Shown piece after piece: positions 26,640 through 35,473 of a stretch of DNA of 64,000 nucleotides. Source of the stretch: Candidatus Latescibacterota bacterium. GTDB lineage: Bacteria > Latescibacterota > UBA2968 > GCA-2709665. Every line of letters starts with the position of its first letter. The stretch's first letter is position 1. Position numbers and translations under genes: made by a program. The notes beneath the pieces were generated by a model. It was not told where the DNA came from, did no database searches, and saw only the letters and a list, made by a program, of their open reading frames with translations. Location: assembly GCA_965116875.1 (NCBI GenBank), contig OZ220733.1:3648001-3712000 (forward strand), given 5' to 3'.

Positions 26640-26812
26640 GCCTTTCGTCCACACCATTGACCCCGCAGCCGGAGCCGCTCCCTGAGCCTGTCGAAGGGTC
26701 GGCGAAGGTTGAAGAAGCACCGAAACACGAGCGTTTCGACATTTCGACAAGCTCAATGCAGGCATGCTCAGCGTCGACGGTTGGGCAAGTACCGATCCGC
26801 AGTAGCAAGTGC
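26640..26812. repeat. ~170-bp palindromic element (TCGACAAGCTCA core), copy 1
   Basis: Aligns by eye with the reverse complement of 58152-58322. Confidence 0.75.
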
Positions 26813-26941
26813 AATAGTTGACAACGATTCACTTCTTCTGGCAATAGGTGGAAAGACGTAAGGATACCACGCTGCACCCCGGCTGCCAGGCGCTGCGGCT
26901 TGAGTTCATCCGCTGTATTTGCCCGACTTGTAGAAAAGCAA

Positions 26942-26970
26942 TTGCACAGGTTTGGCAGGTTTGATATATT
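26942..26970 (+). promoter_or_regulatory. hicBA promoter
   Basis: TTGCAC-N17-TATATT containing a CAGGTTTG direct repeat. Confidence 0.55.
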
Positions 26971-27062
26971 CGCTATCGGGCCCCGATACAGTCAGTAGCG
27001 CCCGCCCCGCTTCTTTATTATCGTGGATCTTGGTGCGACGGATGATTCTCCAGGAGGATCCA

Positions 27063-27248
27063 ATGGCTGCGAGAAATTTAACCGCGGTGATTACAAAAGA
27101 GGATGATTTGTACGTTGCCGATTGTCCGGCATTGGGTACGGTAAGCCAGGGTACTTCCCCAAAGGAAGCATTGGAAAACCTCAAGGAAGCCACGACACTT
27201 TACCTTGAAGAAACCGGTGCTACGGTGACGGAGTTCAAGATTGCCTAA
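27063..27248 (+). CDS. hicB: HicB-like antitoxin (short form)
   Basis: YVADCPALGTVSQGTSPKEALENLKEA; AGGAGG RBS. Confidence 0.88.
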   Translation: MAARNLTAVITKEDDLYVADCPALGTVSQGTSPKEALENLKEATTLYLEETGATVTEFKIA

Positions 27249-27471
27249 ATTGCCATCGAACAAGTCCGGCAACGACGTAATAGCAGCACTGGAAAAACTC
27301 GGATTCAGTTTTGTGAGGCAAAGTGGCAGCCATGTTGTTCCAAAGCGACTCGATCCGATCAAAAGCAGAGTAGCTGTTGTTCCTGCTCACAAACGACTGA
27401 CGCGCGGCACCATTAGCGGTATTCTCAAACAGGCGGGTATTGATCGGGACGATTTTCTAAGTGTCATATAA
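27241..27471 (+). CDS. hicA: HicA toxin (mRNA interferase)
   Basis: ALEKLGFSFVRQSGSH, VPAHKRLTRGTISGILKQAGI; overlaps hicB. Confidence 0.88.
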   Translation: MPKLPSNKSGNDVIAALEKLGFSFVRQSGSHVVPKRLDPIKSRVAVVPAHKRLTRGTISGILKQAGIDRDDFLSVI

Positions 27472-27772
27472 ACATTGAAAAACGCTGCACGCGAGGGTTT
27501 GTCGGTTAGAGCGACAAGCCCTCTTATGCATAAAGCCCATATCGCCAGAGAATTGGCGGCGAATTCACAACCTGCGAGCGTACTTTTTGCTTTAATTGAC
27601 ACTGTATTGCTGAGACATTGGAATAAGTTGGGATCAGTCTTGAGAGACAGTTGTCCGCATGGTTTCTTGAGGTCAACCCCTTATGACCAACAAATGGAGC
27701 GTGGAAGCCGCTGGAGCATTGCTTGAAGCACTCTACCAGCCGCACTGTCAATTCTAGAGTCGACTGCATCCT

Positions 27773-29326
27773 ATGAACGTCAAGGACCGTCTGCTGTTGA
27801 CCGGGCGCAATCTCCTCGGCAGTCTGTCGCGCGACGACGGCTACCTGCCGTACTGGCACATGGCCGTCGACGGCGAGTTGCGCGCCATGTACCAGTTTCG
27901 GCCGCGCTGCACCGGCCACAACGTCGGCCGCTGGTGGAACGCGATGCTGCGGCTCGAGCGCGCCGCCGGTTTCGAGATCCCCGTGGAGATGGAAGCGGCG
28001 ATGCTGGAGAACAGCCGGCGTCTGTCCGACAACGCCAGCGGCATCTTCCTCGAGGACGTCGACCCCAGGGACCCCGCGACCTGGTACATCCATTCCTACC
28101 GCGAAAGCATGCTGTCATTCGGACTGCTTGTCGAATGTCGCGGCAGTGAACGCGCCGCGGAGTGGGGCCAACGGGCGATCGAGGGGATGAGCTGCGCCAG
28201 CCGGGACCTGACGAAGTGGAGGTTCTCGTTCGACGGCGGACCTGAGCGGGCAAAGCACGGCAACAGCGCCGCCCCGGCGTACACCCACGGCCGCGCCATC
28301 GAGGGTCTGCTCTGTTTCCACGCGGCCACCGGCGCGCCGGCCGCCCTCGAGGAAGCGGAGCGCCTGGCCGAGTTCCACTTCGGATACGTGCTGAACGCGG
28401 ACGGCAGCCTCGCCGGGGGCAGCGGCCATCACACCCACTCGTACCTCAACACCCTCCGCGGCCTGCTGATGCTGGCCGTACTCCAGGGTTCCCGCGAACG
28501 CCAGGAGCGGATATACAAGACCTACCGGGATGCCGTATCCGGGATGATCACCCGCTCGGGGTTCGTCACCCACGACATCGGCAACCGGTACGGCGGCGAC
28601 ATCGCCTCGGCCGGGGACATCGCCCACGTCGCCCTGTTGCTGTGGGACCTGTTCGCCGACCCCGGACTGCTCGACGATGCCGAGCGCATTGCACGGACCC
28701 GGCTGTTTCCGGCGCAGGTGCGGGAACCGGTACCGATCCGGCCTGCCGTAGCGGATGACCCCCGCGACTGTTACCGCGACCTTCCCAACCGTTTCGTGGG
28801 TACCATCGGCGGCTCCGTAGGCCACGTCAGCGGTCAGACCTGCGTCACCGATTTCACCGCCGCCACCCTGCACAGCCTGATCGAGCTCTGGACACGGACC
28901 GTTGACGTGGAGGAAGAAATCGTCCGCGTGAACTTCCACTTCAACCGCGAAGTGCCGGGTGTGGGGGTGAGGGCGGAGCGCGATGAAAACGGGGGGCGGG
29001 TCATCGTGGTCAACCGAACCGGAAAGGAGCTGCGCCTGCGCTTCCCGGGCTGGGCTGATGAGTGTACCTGCTCGGTGACCGTCGACGGACGGCCTGTCGA
29101 GACAACGGTGGAGAACGGGTTCGTGGTGGTGGCGCAGGGTGAAGTGGCAACGACCACCGAATTGCGTTTCGCTGTTCCCGAGTACGAGGAGGAGGAGTTG
29201 TCGCGGGACCCGTCCGCCGAAGAAGAGACGGTGACCTTTCGCTGGCGCGGAGACGAGATCACCGGCGTCAGCGGCGGCGGGGCCTACATGGCGCCGCGTC
29301 CGGCAATCTGCCATTCGCTGCTGTAG
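27773..29326 (+). CDS. Hypothetical protein, possible (alpha/alpha)6 glycoside hydrolase-like
   Basis: 517-aa GC-rich ORF with helical N-terminal part (THGRAIEGLL, HTHSYLNTLRGLL) and beta-rich C-terminus with LRLRFPGWA, as in GH127-like proteins. Confidence 0.55.
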   Translation: MNVKDRLLLTGRNLLGSLSRDDGYLPYWHMAVDGELRAMYQFRPRCTGHNVGRWWNAMLRLERAAGFEIPVEMEAAMLENSRRLSDNASGIFLEDVDPRDPATWYIHSYRESMLSFGLLVECRGSERAAEWGQRAIEGMSCASRDLTKWRFSFDGGPERAKHGNSAAPAYTHGRAIEGLLCFHAATGAPAALEEAERLAEFHFGYVLNADGSLAGGSGHHTHSYLNTLRGLLMLAVLQGSRERQERIYKTYRDAVSGMITRSGFVTHDIGNRYGGDIASAGDIAHVALLLWDLFADPGLLDDAERIARTRLFPAQVREPVPIRPAVADDPRDCYRDLPNRFVGTIGGSVGHVSGQTCVTDFTAATLHSLIELWTRTVDVEEEIVRVNFHFNREVPGVGVRAERDENGGRVIVVNRTGKELRLRFPGWADECTCSVTVDGRPVETTVENGFVVVAQGEVATTTELRFAVPEYEEEELSRDPSAEEETVTFRWRGDEITGVSGGGAYMAPRPAICHSLL

Positions 29327-29545
29327 GGTGGTTGACGGGGGCCTGGCGCCGCCTTCCGGGTTAGCGAGTCCGATAGTGGGTTGATCGGCAGGCGGAAGAG
29401 GTGTCCCGAAGCCAACGTCTCTCACGTATCAGGCGCAGGCCACGATGCGTGGAGGATCCGGATCGGCTGGAGGGCGGTCGCGGGTGAATTGTGGACGGAT
29501 GAACCAGATTCGAGCCTTCGCGACGTCTGATATCGGGGATCATTC

Positions 29546-29620
29546 ATGGTTCCGAATCTGAGCAGAAAAGTCGCACTTGTGACGGGCGGAAACCGCGGGA
29601 TCGGTCGTTTCGTCGTGTAA
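29546..29620 (+). pseudogene. 5' remnant of an SDR oxidoreductase gene
   Basis: Translates as MVPNLSRKVALVTGGNRGIGRFVV* (TGxxxGIG), then stops. Confidence 0.7.
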
Positions 29621-29970
29621 TCGGCCGGAATTTCAGCATCGAGAACGGTGCTGCGGTATTTTCGAAAGGAGTAGGGGAACGAGATGCCGACACGAAGGAA
29701 AAGACATTATGGTTGACAAGAGGCAGGATTTATTTCTTCTTTTTGCGTATGCTGGTTTTTCAGAACAATGCACGGGATATGATTCAGGAGGTAATCGATT
29801 TGAAGGAGAGACGTTAAGAAGGAGGTTCGGGCTGCTATTTGAGGGCCTCCCCGGAAAAAGGTTGCTGAAAACATGCCTGAATCGCCGTGAGAAAAAGCAA
29901 GACATTTTTTCGTGAAGCGGGGCGTGGTTGGAGTAGCCAGTTGTTCCTTTTTCTAGCATAGGAGGGCACT

Positions 29971-30216
29971 ATGGGCTTTGCATCAACAGTCGTAACAACA
30001 GCCCACAGGCTGATTGATATAATTGCCCCGGGTAATCCTGCGAAGGACGTCGAAGACGAGACAGTGACGGATCATCCCATTGACGACGTTGACGAAGCCC
30101 TCTGTGATATAGCCAATGCTGACGAGAGGGCTGGTCGTGGTGAGGTTATGTCGGATTCAGAAATGGCGAGATACTTTCCCAATAGCGCTCGCCGGCGCCG
30201 GGAGAGACGTCGTTGA
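29971..30216 (+). CDS. Putative antitoxin
   Basis: AGGAGGG RBS; acidic; ADERAGRGEVMS pattern; TTGA overlap with relE-like gene. Confidence 0.65.
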   Translation: MGFASTVVTTAHRLIDIIAPGNPAKDVEDETVTDHPIDDVDEALCDIANADERAGRGEVMSDSEMARYFPNSARRRRERRR

Positions 30217-30581
30217 GTAAAAGGAAGAAAAAGAGGACTGGGAGACGAAAACCTGCCGGCAAGAGAAAACCTGTTGGTGAGAGATCCAGGAAACGTATTC
30301 TGGTAGTGAAAAAGAGAGTTGGAAAAGATCTGGAGAATATTCCCGTAGAACGCAGGGCGGCACTTCAGGAAAAGATTGACGATCTGCAGGACAATGCCTT
30401 TCCGCGAGGGGCAAAGAAAGTAAAAGACGAGAAGAACCTTGAAGGTCTTCCATATTACCGTATCCGCAGTGGTGACTGGCGAGTCGTTTATACTGTCGAC
30501 GTTGAGGAGGTAACGGTTTACATTGCAGGACACCGATCATCTGTTTACGGCTATCTGTCAGAGGCAAGAGACCTACCCTGA
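30213..30581 (+). CDS. RelE/ParE family toxin
   Basis: PRGAKKV, YRIRSGDWRVVYTV, GHRSSVY. Confidence 0.85.
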   Translation: MSKRKKKRTGRRKPAGKRKPVGERSRKRILVVKKRVGKDLENIPVERRAALQEKIDDLQDNAFPRGAKKVKDEKNLEGLPYYRIRSGDWRVVYTVDVEEVTVYIAGHRSSVYGYLSEARDLP

Positions 30582-30782
30582 CGCCGCTCTGAGTCGCCCG
30601 CAAGTGACCTCATGTCGAAACAATCCGACTGTCTTTTTAGATGAGCTACTCCAGGAAAACTGGCAAGAGCCCTGGCGAGAGCCGCCCTGGAAAGTCGCAA
30701 GCAAGCGCAGAGAGTAAACAACGGTGATACACCGGATGAAACCCAAAGCTTCAGATCTAACCCACGGCTCCTGAGAAGAAAT

Positions 30783-30818
30783 GAGAAACGCCCGGGGATT
30801 CCCCGGGCGTTTCTCTTG
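30783..30818. terminator. Strong hairpin (terminator-like)
   Basis: GAGAAACGCCCGGGG-ATT-CCCCGGGCGTTTCTC, perfect 15-bp stem. Confidence 0.7.
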
Positions 30819-30879
30819 GGATCTCAGTATCTTTCAAGTCAAATGCAAAAGTCCACCCTGAAAGGAATAGCTCAACGAG

Positions 30880-32916
30880 ATGGCTTCACGAATGGAAACG
30901 ACCAGTCCGGAAGAGCCTGTTGATCCCTTTTCTGAACTGACGTGGGACGATCTGGAGGAATGGGCCGGCAGTCGCATTGTCGCCCGGGGTCGGTCCTATC
31001 GGAGAAAAGGGGCTGTTCGGGAATTGCAGCGCGACGAAGAAGAGGACGCGCTGGTCGCCTCGGTTGTGGGCAGTCGCCTCTACGCCGTAAGGGTGCGCAT
31101 CGACGGAAGCAAGGACCTGATATCCGAATGCACCTGTCCCTACCGGACAACGTGCAAGCACGCCGTTGCCGTCGTGGTGGAATACCTGGAGATGGTCAAG
31201 ACCCGAACCGCCGTCGGTCGCGTTGAGGCTGACGACCCGCGCCTCGAGGAGTTGGACGCAATCACGCAAGATGACGACGAGAAACTGGAATTTTACGTGG
31301 AAGAGGACCTGGAAGAAGAGCCGCAGGAATCTGACGTGAATGAACCTGACGAGGAGTCTGCCGAGACACTTTCGGAAAGTTCCGGAACCGGTCAATCCGG
31401 AGACGCTTCCTTGCGCGCCTACATGCAAGAGCATACCAAAGCCGAACTCGTAGAACTGCTGTTGGAACTCGCCGAAACGCACGACGAAGTGCGCCAGTCG
31501 CTCGAAAACCGCCGCAACCTGACCTCGGGGGAGACCCGCAGGGTGCTGAAGAGCATCCGCTCCGAGATCGCTACGCTGGAGGAACCCGCATGGGAAAGCC
31601 ACCATTACGGGTACCGCAATACGGATCGCCTCAAGGCAATGCTTCAGGCGCTGGTGGCGTCCGGACAGGCTCACGCCGCCGTGCGGCTGGGACCGGAACT
31701 TCTGGCCGCGGGCACCCAGGCGCTGGAGTACGAGCATGAAGGAGAGTCAACCGGAGCGATCAGCGATTGCCTCGACGTTCTTTTTTTGGCCCTCGACAGA
31801 ACGTCCATGCCGCCCGCGGACCGTATTGAATGGGTCCTGGACATGGCCCTTGCAGACGAGTATGAACTTTGCTGCGAAGGACTCGAAAATCTCTGGGAGG
31901 GAGACTATGCGGAAAGCGATTGGTCGGAGGTGTGCGACCGCCTGGCGCGGCGCCTCGACAATCAAGAGCAAACTCCCGGAGATGATGAGTTATCGCGCGA
32001 CTACCGCCGGGACCTGATCGCCGACTGGCTGATTCACGCCCTGGAAAAGGCCGGCAGACAGAAAGAGATCGTCCCACTGTGCAAGCGAGAGGCCCCCATC
32101 ACCTTGAGTTACAATCGCCTGGTGGGTCGCCTGGTGGCCGAGCGCGAGTGGGACGAAGCGCGGCGCTGGTGCCGGCAGGGGATTGAGGCGATTGCCGACC
32201 GATATCCAGGCCTTCAAACGGAGCTTCGAGAGCAGCTGCAGACAATCAACCAGCAAAGCGGCAATCCACTCGCCGGGGTTGCCTTGCAGGCGGAGGAGTT
32301 TTTCGCCGGGCCCGGAGCGGAGGGTTTCCAGGCGCTGTGCAATGCCGCCCGCGGGCTGGGCGTTGGCGAGGGCGTCGAGGCGTGGGGCCGGCACTTTCTG
32401 CAAACCGGCCGGCGGCCGAGAAGCGGCAGGAGACGAAAGAGCGACCCGAAGATAGACTGGCCGCTGCCTGCTCCGGAAGTCGACATGCCGGCGTCGCGTG
32501 ACCATGATGAGGTGCCTATGGTCGACGTGCTGATGCAGTTGGCCATTGCCGAGAAGAAGCCGGACGAGGTGGTGAAGTGGTACGACGAATCCAGAAGGAC
32601 CCGGGCTGAGCACTGGCAGCGTGACGCCAACCTTGACGATGAAGTGGCCGACGCCATCGCGACCACCCATCCCGACCGGTCGGTGGCAATCTGGAAGGAA
32701 TTGGCGGAGAACGAGATCGCACGTGTAAAGCCGAGCGGATACCGGGAGGCCGTGCCGTATCTGCGCCAGGTCAAAGATGTACTCAGCCGCTCCGGTCGCG
32801 AGGGGGAGTGGAAAGAATACCTGGCCGCTCTGAGACAGCAGAACAGGCGCAGACCTCGATGCCTGGAAGAGCTATACAGGCTCGAGGGCGGTCGCCGGCG
32901 CATTGTGGACGGTTGA
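30880..32916 (+). CDS. SWIM zinc finger family protein
   Basis: ARGRSY and CTCPYRTTCKHAVAV (CxC...CxH), acidic linker, helical C-terminus ending RRRPRCLEEL. Confidence 0.85.
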   Translation: MASRMETTSPEEPVDPFSELTWDDLEEWAGSRIVARGRSYRRKGAVRELQRDEEEDALVASVVGSRLYAVRVRIDGSKDLISECTCPYRTTCKHAVAVVVEYLEMVKTRTAVGRVEADDPRLEELDAITQDDDEKLEFYVEEDLEEEPQESDVNEPDEESAETLSESSGTGQSGDASLRAYMQEHTKAELVELLLELAETHDEVRQSLENRRNLTSGETRRVLKSIRSEIATLEEPAWESHHYGYRNTDRLKAMLQALVASGQAHAAVRLGPELLAAGTQALEYEHEGESTGAISDCLDVLFLALDRTSMPPADRIEWVLDMALADEYELCCEGLENLWEGDYAESDWSEVCDRLARRLDNQEQTPGDDELSRDYRRDLIADWLIHALEKAGRQKEIVPLCKREAPITLSYNRLVGRLVAEREWDEARRWCRQGIEAIADRYPGLQTELREQLQTINQQSGNPLAGVALQAEEFFAGPGAEGFQALCNAARGLGVGEGVEAWGRHFLQTGRRPRSGRRRKSDPKIDWPLPAPEVDMPASRDHDEVPMVDVLMQLAIAEKKPDEVVKWYDESRRTRAEHWQRDANLDDEVADAIATTHPDRSVAIWKELAENEIARVKPSGYREAVPYLRQVKDVLSRSGREGEWKEYLAALRQQNRRRPRCLEELYRLEGGRRRIVDG

Positions 32917-32974
32917 GCCCGGAGTGCCGGTTCGAGAATCCGGATCGAAAAGAACGAAAAAATGGAGGTCAACC

Positions 32975-33763
32975 ATGGATATGAATCTGAAGGGAAAAGT
33001 CGCACTGGTGACTGGAGCGAATCAGGGGATCGGTCTTGCATCTGCGCTGGGTCTGGCGAAGGAGGGGTGCGACGTTGCGATCTGCGCGCGGCGGGAAGAG
33101 ACGCTCGCAGCGGCGGCTGATCAGATTGAGGCGCTCGGTGTTCGTGTCGCCGCCATTCAGGCCGACGTGCAGAATCCGGACGACGCGGGTAGGTTCGTGG
33201 ATGAGGCCGCCGCACGGCTGGGCGGGATCGACGTTTTGATCAACAACGTTGGCGGCCGGTCCGGCGACAGGTTCATGGACTCGACACACGAGGATTGGGT
33301 GGAGACCTTCGACAGGAACGTGTTCCACGGGGTGCGGCTGACCCGGCTGGTGGTTCCCCACATGCGAGCTCGCTGCGGGGGGTCTGTGGTATTCATTTCC
33401 TCGATCTCGGGATGGATTCCGCAGCTGAGCGGCGCGGTGCAGTACGGCGCGTCCAAGGCCGCGCAGATCTTCATGGCCGAGCCGATAGCGCTCGAACTGG
33501 TGCACGACCGCATCCGCGTGAACGTGGTGTCGCCCGGATCGATCATATTCGAAGGCGGCGGATGGGACAATATGCGTCAGGAAAAGCCGGAAGTATTCGC
33601 CGCTTACGAGAAGAACGGCTTTCCCATGGGAGGCCTGGGCACGCCCGAAAACGTCGCGGACGTGGTCGTGTTCCTGGCTTCGGACCGCTCCCACTGGGTG
33701 AACGGCGAGAACATACGCGCTGACGGACTCGAACAGCCTGTTCCGGCGGTACGTCCGTGGTGA
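32975..33763 (+). CDS. SDR family oxidoreductase
   Basis: TGANQGIG, INNVG, YGASK, RVNVVSPG; GGAGG RBS. Confidence 0.92.
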   Translation: MDMNLKGKVALVTGANQGIGLASALGLAKEGCDVAICARREETLAAAADQIEALGVRVAAIQADVQNPDDAGRFVDEAAARLGGIDVLINNVGGRSGDRFMDSTHEDWVETFDRNVFHGVRLTRLVVPHMRARCGGSVVFISSISGWIPQLSGAVQYGASKAAQIFMAEPIALELVHDRIRVNVVSPGSIIFEGGGWDNMRQEKPEVFAAYEKNGFPMGGLGTPENVADVVVFLASDRSHWVNGENIRADGLEQPVPAVRPW

Positions 33764-33789
33764 GCGCGGGACAAAAGAGGAATCCCGGG

Positions 33790-34449
33790 ATGATGGTTCC
33801 CAACGAAGATCTGAATGTTCGGCGGTCAAGGACGCGCGAGATTATTGGTTTGCTGAAGGGGATTTATCCCGACGCCGAATGTTCGCTGACGTACGAAAAC
33901 CCGCTCCAGCTGTTGATCGCCACGATTCTCTCCGCGCAATGTACGGACGAACGGGTCAATATGGTGACGCCGATCCTCTTCGAGCGCTATCCCACGGCAG
34001 CGGATTATGCCGATGCGCCGCCGGAGGAATTGGAGGATGTGATCCGTTCCACGGGGTTCTTCCGCAACAAGGCGCGAAACATCCAGGGCTGTTGCCAGGC
34101 GCTGGTCGTCAGACATGGCGGCGAGGTTCCGCGTTCGATGGATGAACTGGTCGCGCTGGACGGCGTTGGTCGAAAGACCGCCAACGTGGTTCTGGGCAAT
34201 GCGTTCGGTATTGCCGAAGGCGTGGTGGTGGATACGCATGTCCGCCGCATTTCCAATCGTCTGGGTCTGACCCGAAGGCAGGACCCGGTCAAAATAGAAC
34301 AGGATCTGATCGTTCTCGTGCCAAGGAAAGACTGGGTGGACCTGCCGCATCTGTTTATCCATCATGGGCGAGCGATATGCAGCGCCAGGGCGCCTGACTG
34401 CGATGCGTGCGGCGTGGGTGCGCTATGCCCTTCACAGGGTCGGGCGTGA
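33790..34449 (+). CDS. nth: Endonuclease III
   Basis: LLIATILSAQCTD, GFFRNKA, GVGRKTANVV, VDTHV, Cx6Cx2Cx5C. Confidence 0.96.
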   Translation: MMVPNEDLNVRRSRTREIIGLLKGIYPDAECSLTYENPLQLLIATILSAQCTDERVNMVTPILFERYPTAADYADAPPEELEDVIRSTGFFRNKARNIQGCCQALVVRHGGEVPRSMDELVALDGVGRKTANVVLGNAFGIAEGVVVDTHVRRISNRLGLTRRQDPVKIEQDLIVLVPRKDWVDLPHLFIHHGRAICSARAPDCDACGVGALCPSQGRA

Positions 34450-34556
34450 CTTCGCGGTCGTAAGAGATTGCCATTGCCGGCACAGATCGGTTGGAGCCTT
34501 TCTCCGTCGTTTTTGGAAACGGCGGATTTTTTGTCGAAATTTGTCGAAATTGGGGC

Positions 34557-34585
34557 TTGACTTTCGGCATCTGCAAGGATAAATT
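34557..34585 (+). promoter_or_regulatory. Sigma70 promoter for dksA-like gene
   Basis: TTGACT-N17-TAAATT. Confidence 0.55.
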
Positions 34586-34763
34586 TTCGTCCGAAAAATT
34601 GGACCTGGAACAGTCTGTATCCGGGATCGGGGCCGGTCCAGTTGAGAAAAGTCGTGTGGTTTTGTGAGCATTTTCGGGAGAAAGATATCGACGACATTTT
34701 CTGTTGTCGATATCGGATGTAGATTTCAGAGGTCAGGATTGGCGCCGGGGAGGTAAAGGGCAT

Positions 34764-35198
34764 ATGGCTGAGAAACTGTCTCTCGAAAGGCTTGCGTTCT
34801 TCAAACGGCTCCTGCTGGATCGAAAGAAGGACCTGCTGAAGCATACGCTCCTGGAAGATGCGGACATCAATGAACTGAGAAGCGATCGCTCGGCGGACCC
34901 GTTCGATATGGCAGGAAACGCATCTTCCGTTGAGCTGATGGCAACGCTGGGCAACAACGAGCGCCGTGAGCTTGCGGAGATCGACCACGCGCTGGGCAAG
35001 ATCGACGAAGGCACGTACGGTATCTGCGAGGTGTCGGGGGAACTGATCGGTGAAATGCGGCTGGAAGCCATTCCCACGGCGCGGTATACCATGCAGGTCC
35101 AGCAGGAACGGGAACGGAACCCACAATTCGTCGACCGGCCAAGACGCCGCGTCATCTCGGCAGAGGACCTTCCGATGAGCGGCGACGAAGACTCCTGA
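34764..35198 (+). CDS. TraR/DksA family transcription factor
   Basis: Coiled coil with DPFDMA (DxxDxA), ALGKIDEGTYGIC, RLEAIPTARY; GGGAGG RBS. Confidence 0.88.
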   Translation: MAEKLSLERLAFFKRLLLDRKKDLLKHTLLEDADINELRSDRSADPFDMAGNASSVELMATLGNNERRELAEIDHALGKIDEGTYGICEVSGELIGEMRLEAIPTARYTMQVQQERERNPQFVDRPRRRVISAEDLPMSGDEDS

Positions 35199-35218
35199 CG
35201 TGGAGCGAAATGGGGGCA

Positions 35219-35252
35219 CAAAGGGCGATTCGAAGCAGGATCGCCTTTTTTT
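35219..35252 (+). terminator. Rho-independent terminator
   Basis: AAAGGGCGATTC...GGATCGCC followed by a T run. Confidence 0.7.
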
Positions 35253-35295
35253 GTTTCTGTAACCACAAGGGGAGGACGGTACGCATGAAAACCAT

Positions 35296-35445
35296 GGCAC
35301 CCACAAGGGGTGCCCCTACGATGAGGGGGTACCCATCGGGACGGGGATGGTTACATGCATCCACCGCTTGTTAGCGCGCATATGGCAATGCAGCGCGAAT
35401 TTTATCGGATTGTCGTGCACGTAGGGGCGTTCCTTGTGGGCGCCC
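35296..35445. repeat. Inverted pair of GTAG-type REPs (REPIN-like)
   Basis: GGCACCCACAAGGGGTGCCCCTAC and GTAGGGGCGTTCCTTGTGGGCGCCC, about 100 bp apart between convergent genes. Confidence 0.75.
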
Positions 35446-35473
35446 GGCATTGGTATCTGCACAGGGCCGTTTT

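Noticed and set aside
25562-26812. Possible CRISPR array among the short repeats
   Set aside because: No regularly spaced identical repeats with unique spacers, and no cas genes in the window.
26575-26877. Short ORFs here and at 58150-58954 sharing ACIELVEMSKR-like text
   Set aside because: These are translations of the palindromic DNA repeat, not a protein family.
27753-27764. TCTAGAGTCGAC resembling a pUC polylinker (XbaI-SalI)
   Set aside because: Only 12 bp and the flanks are not vector-like; likely chance.
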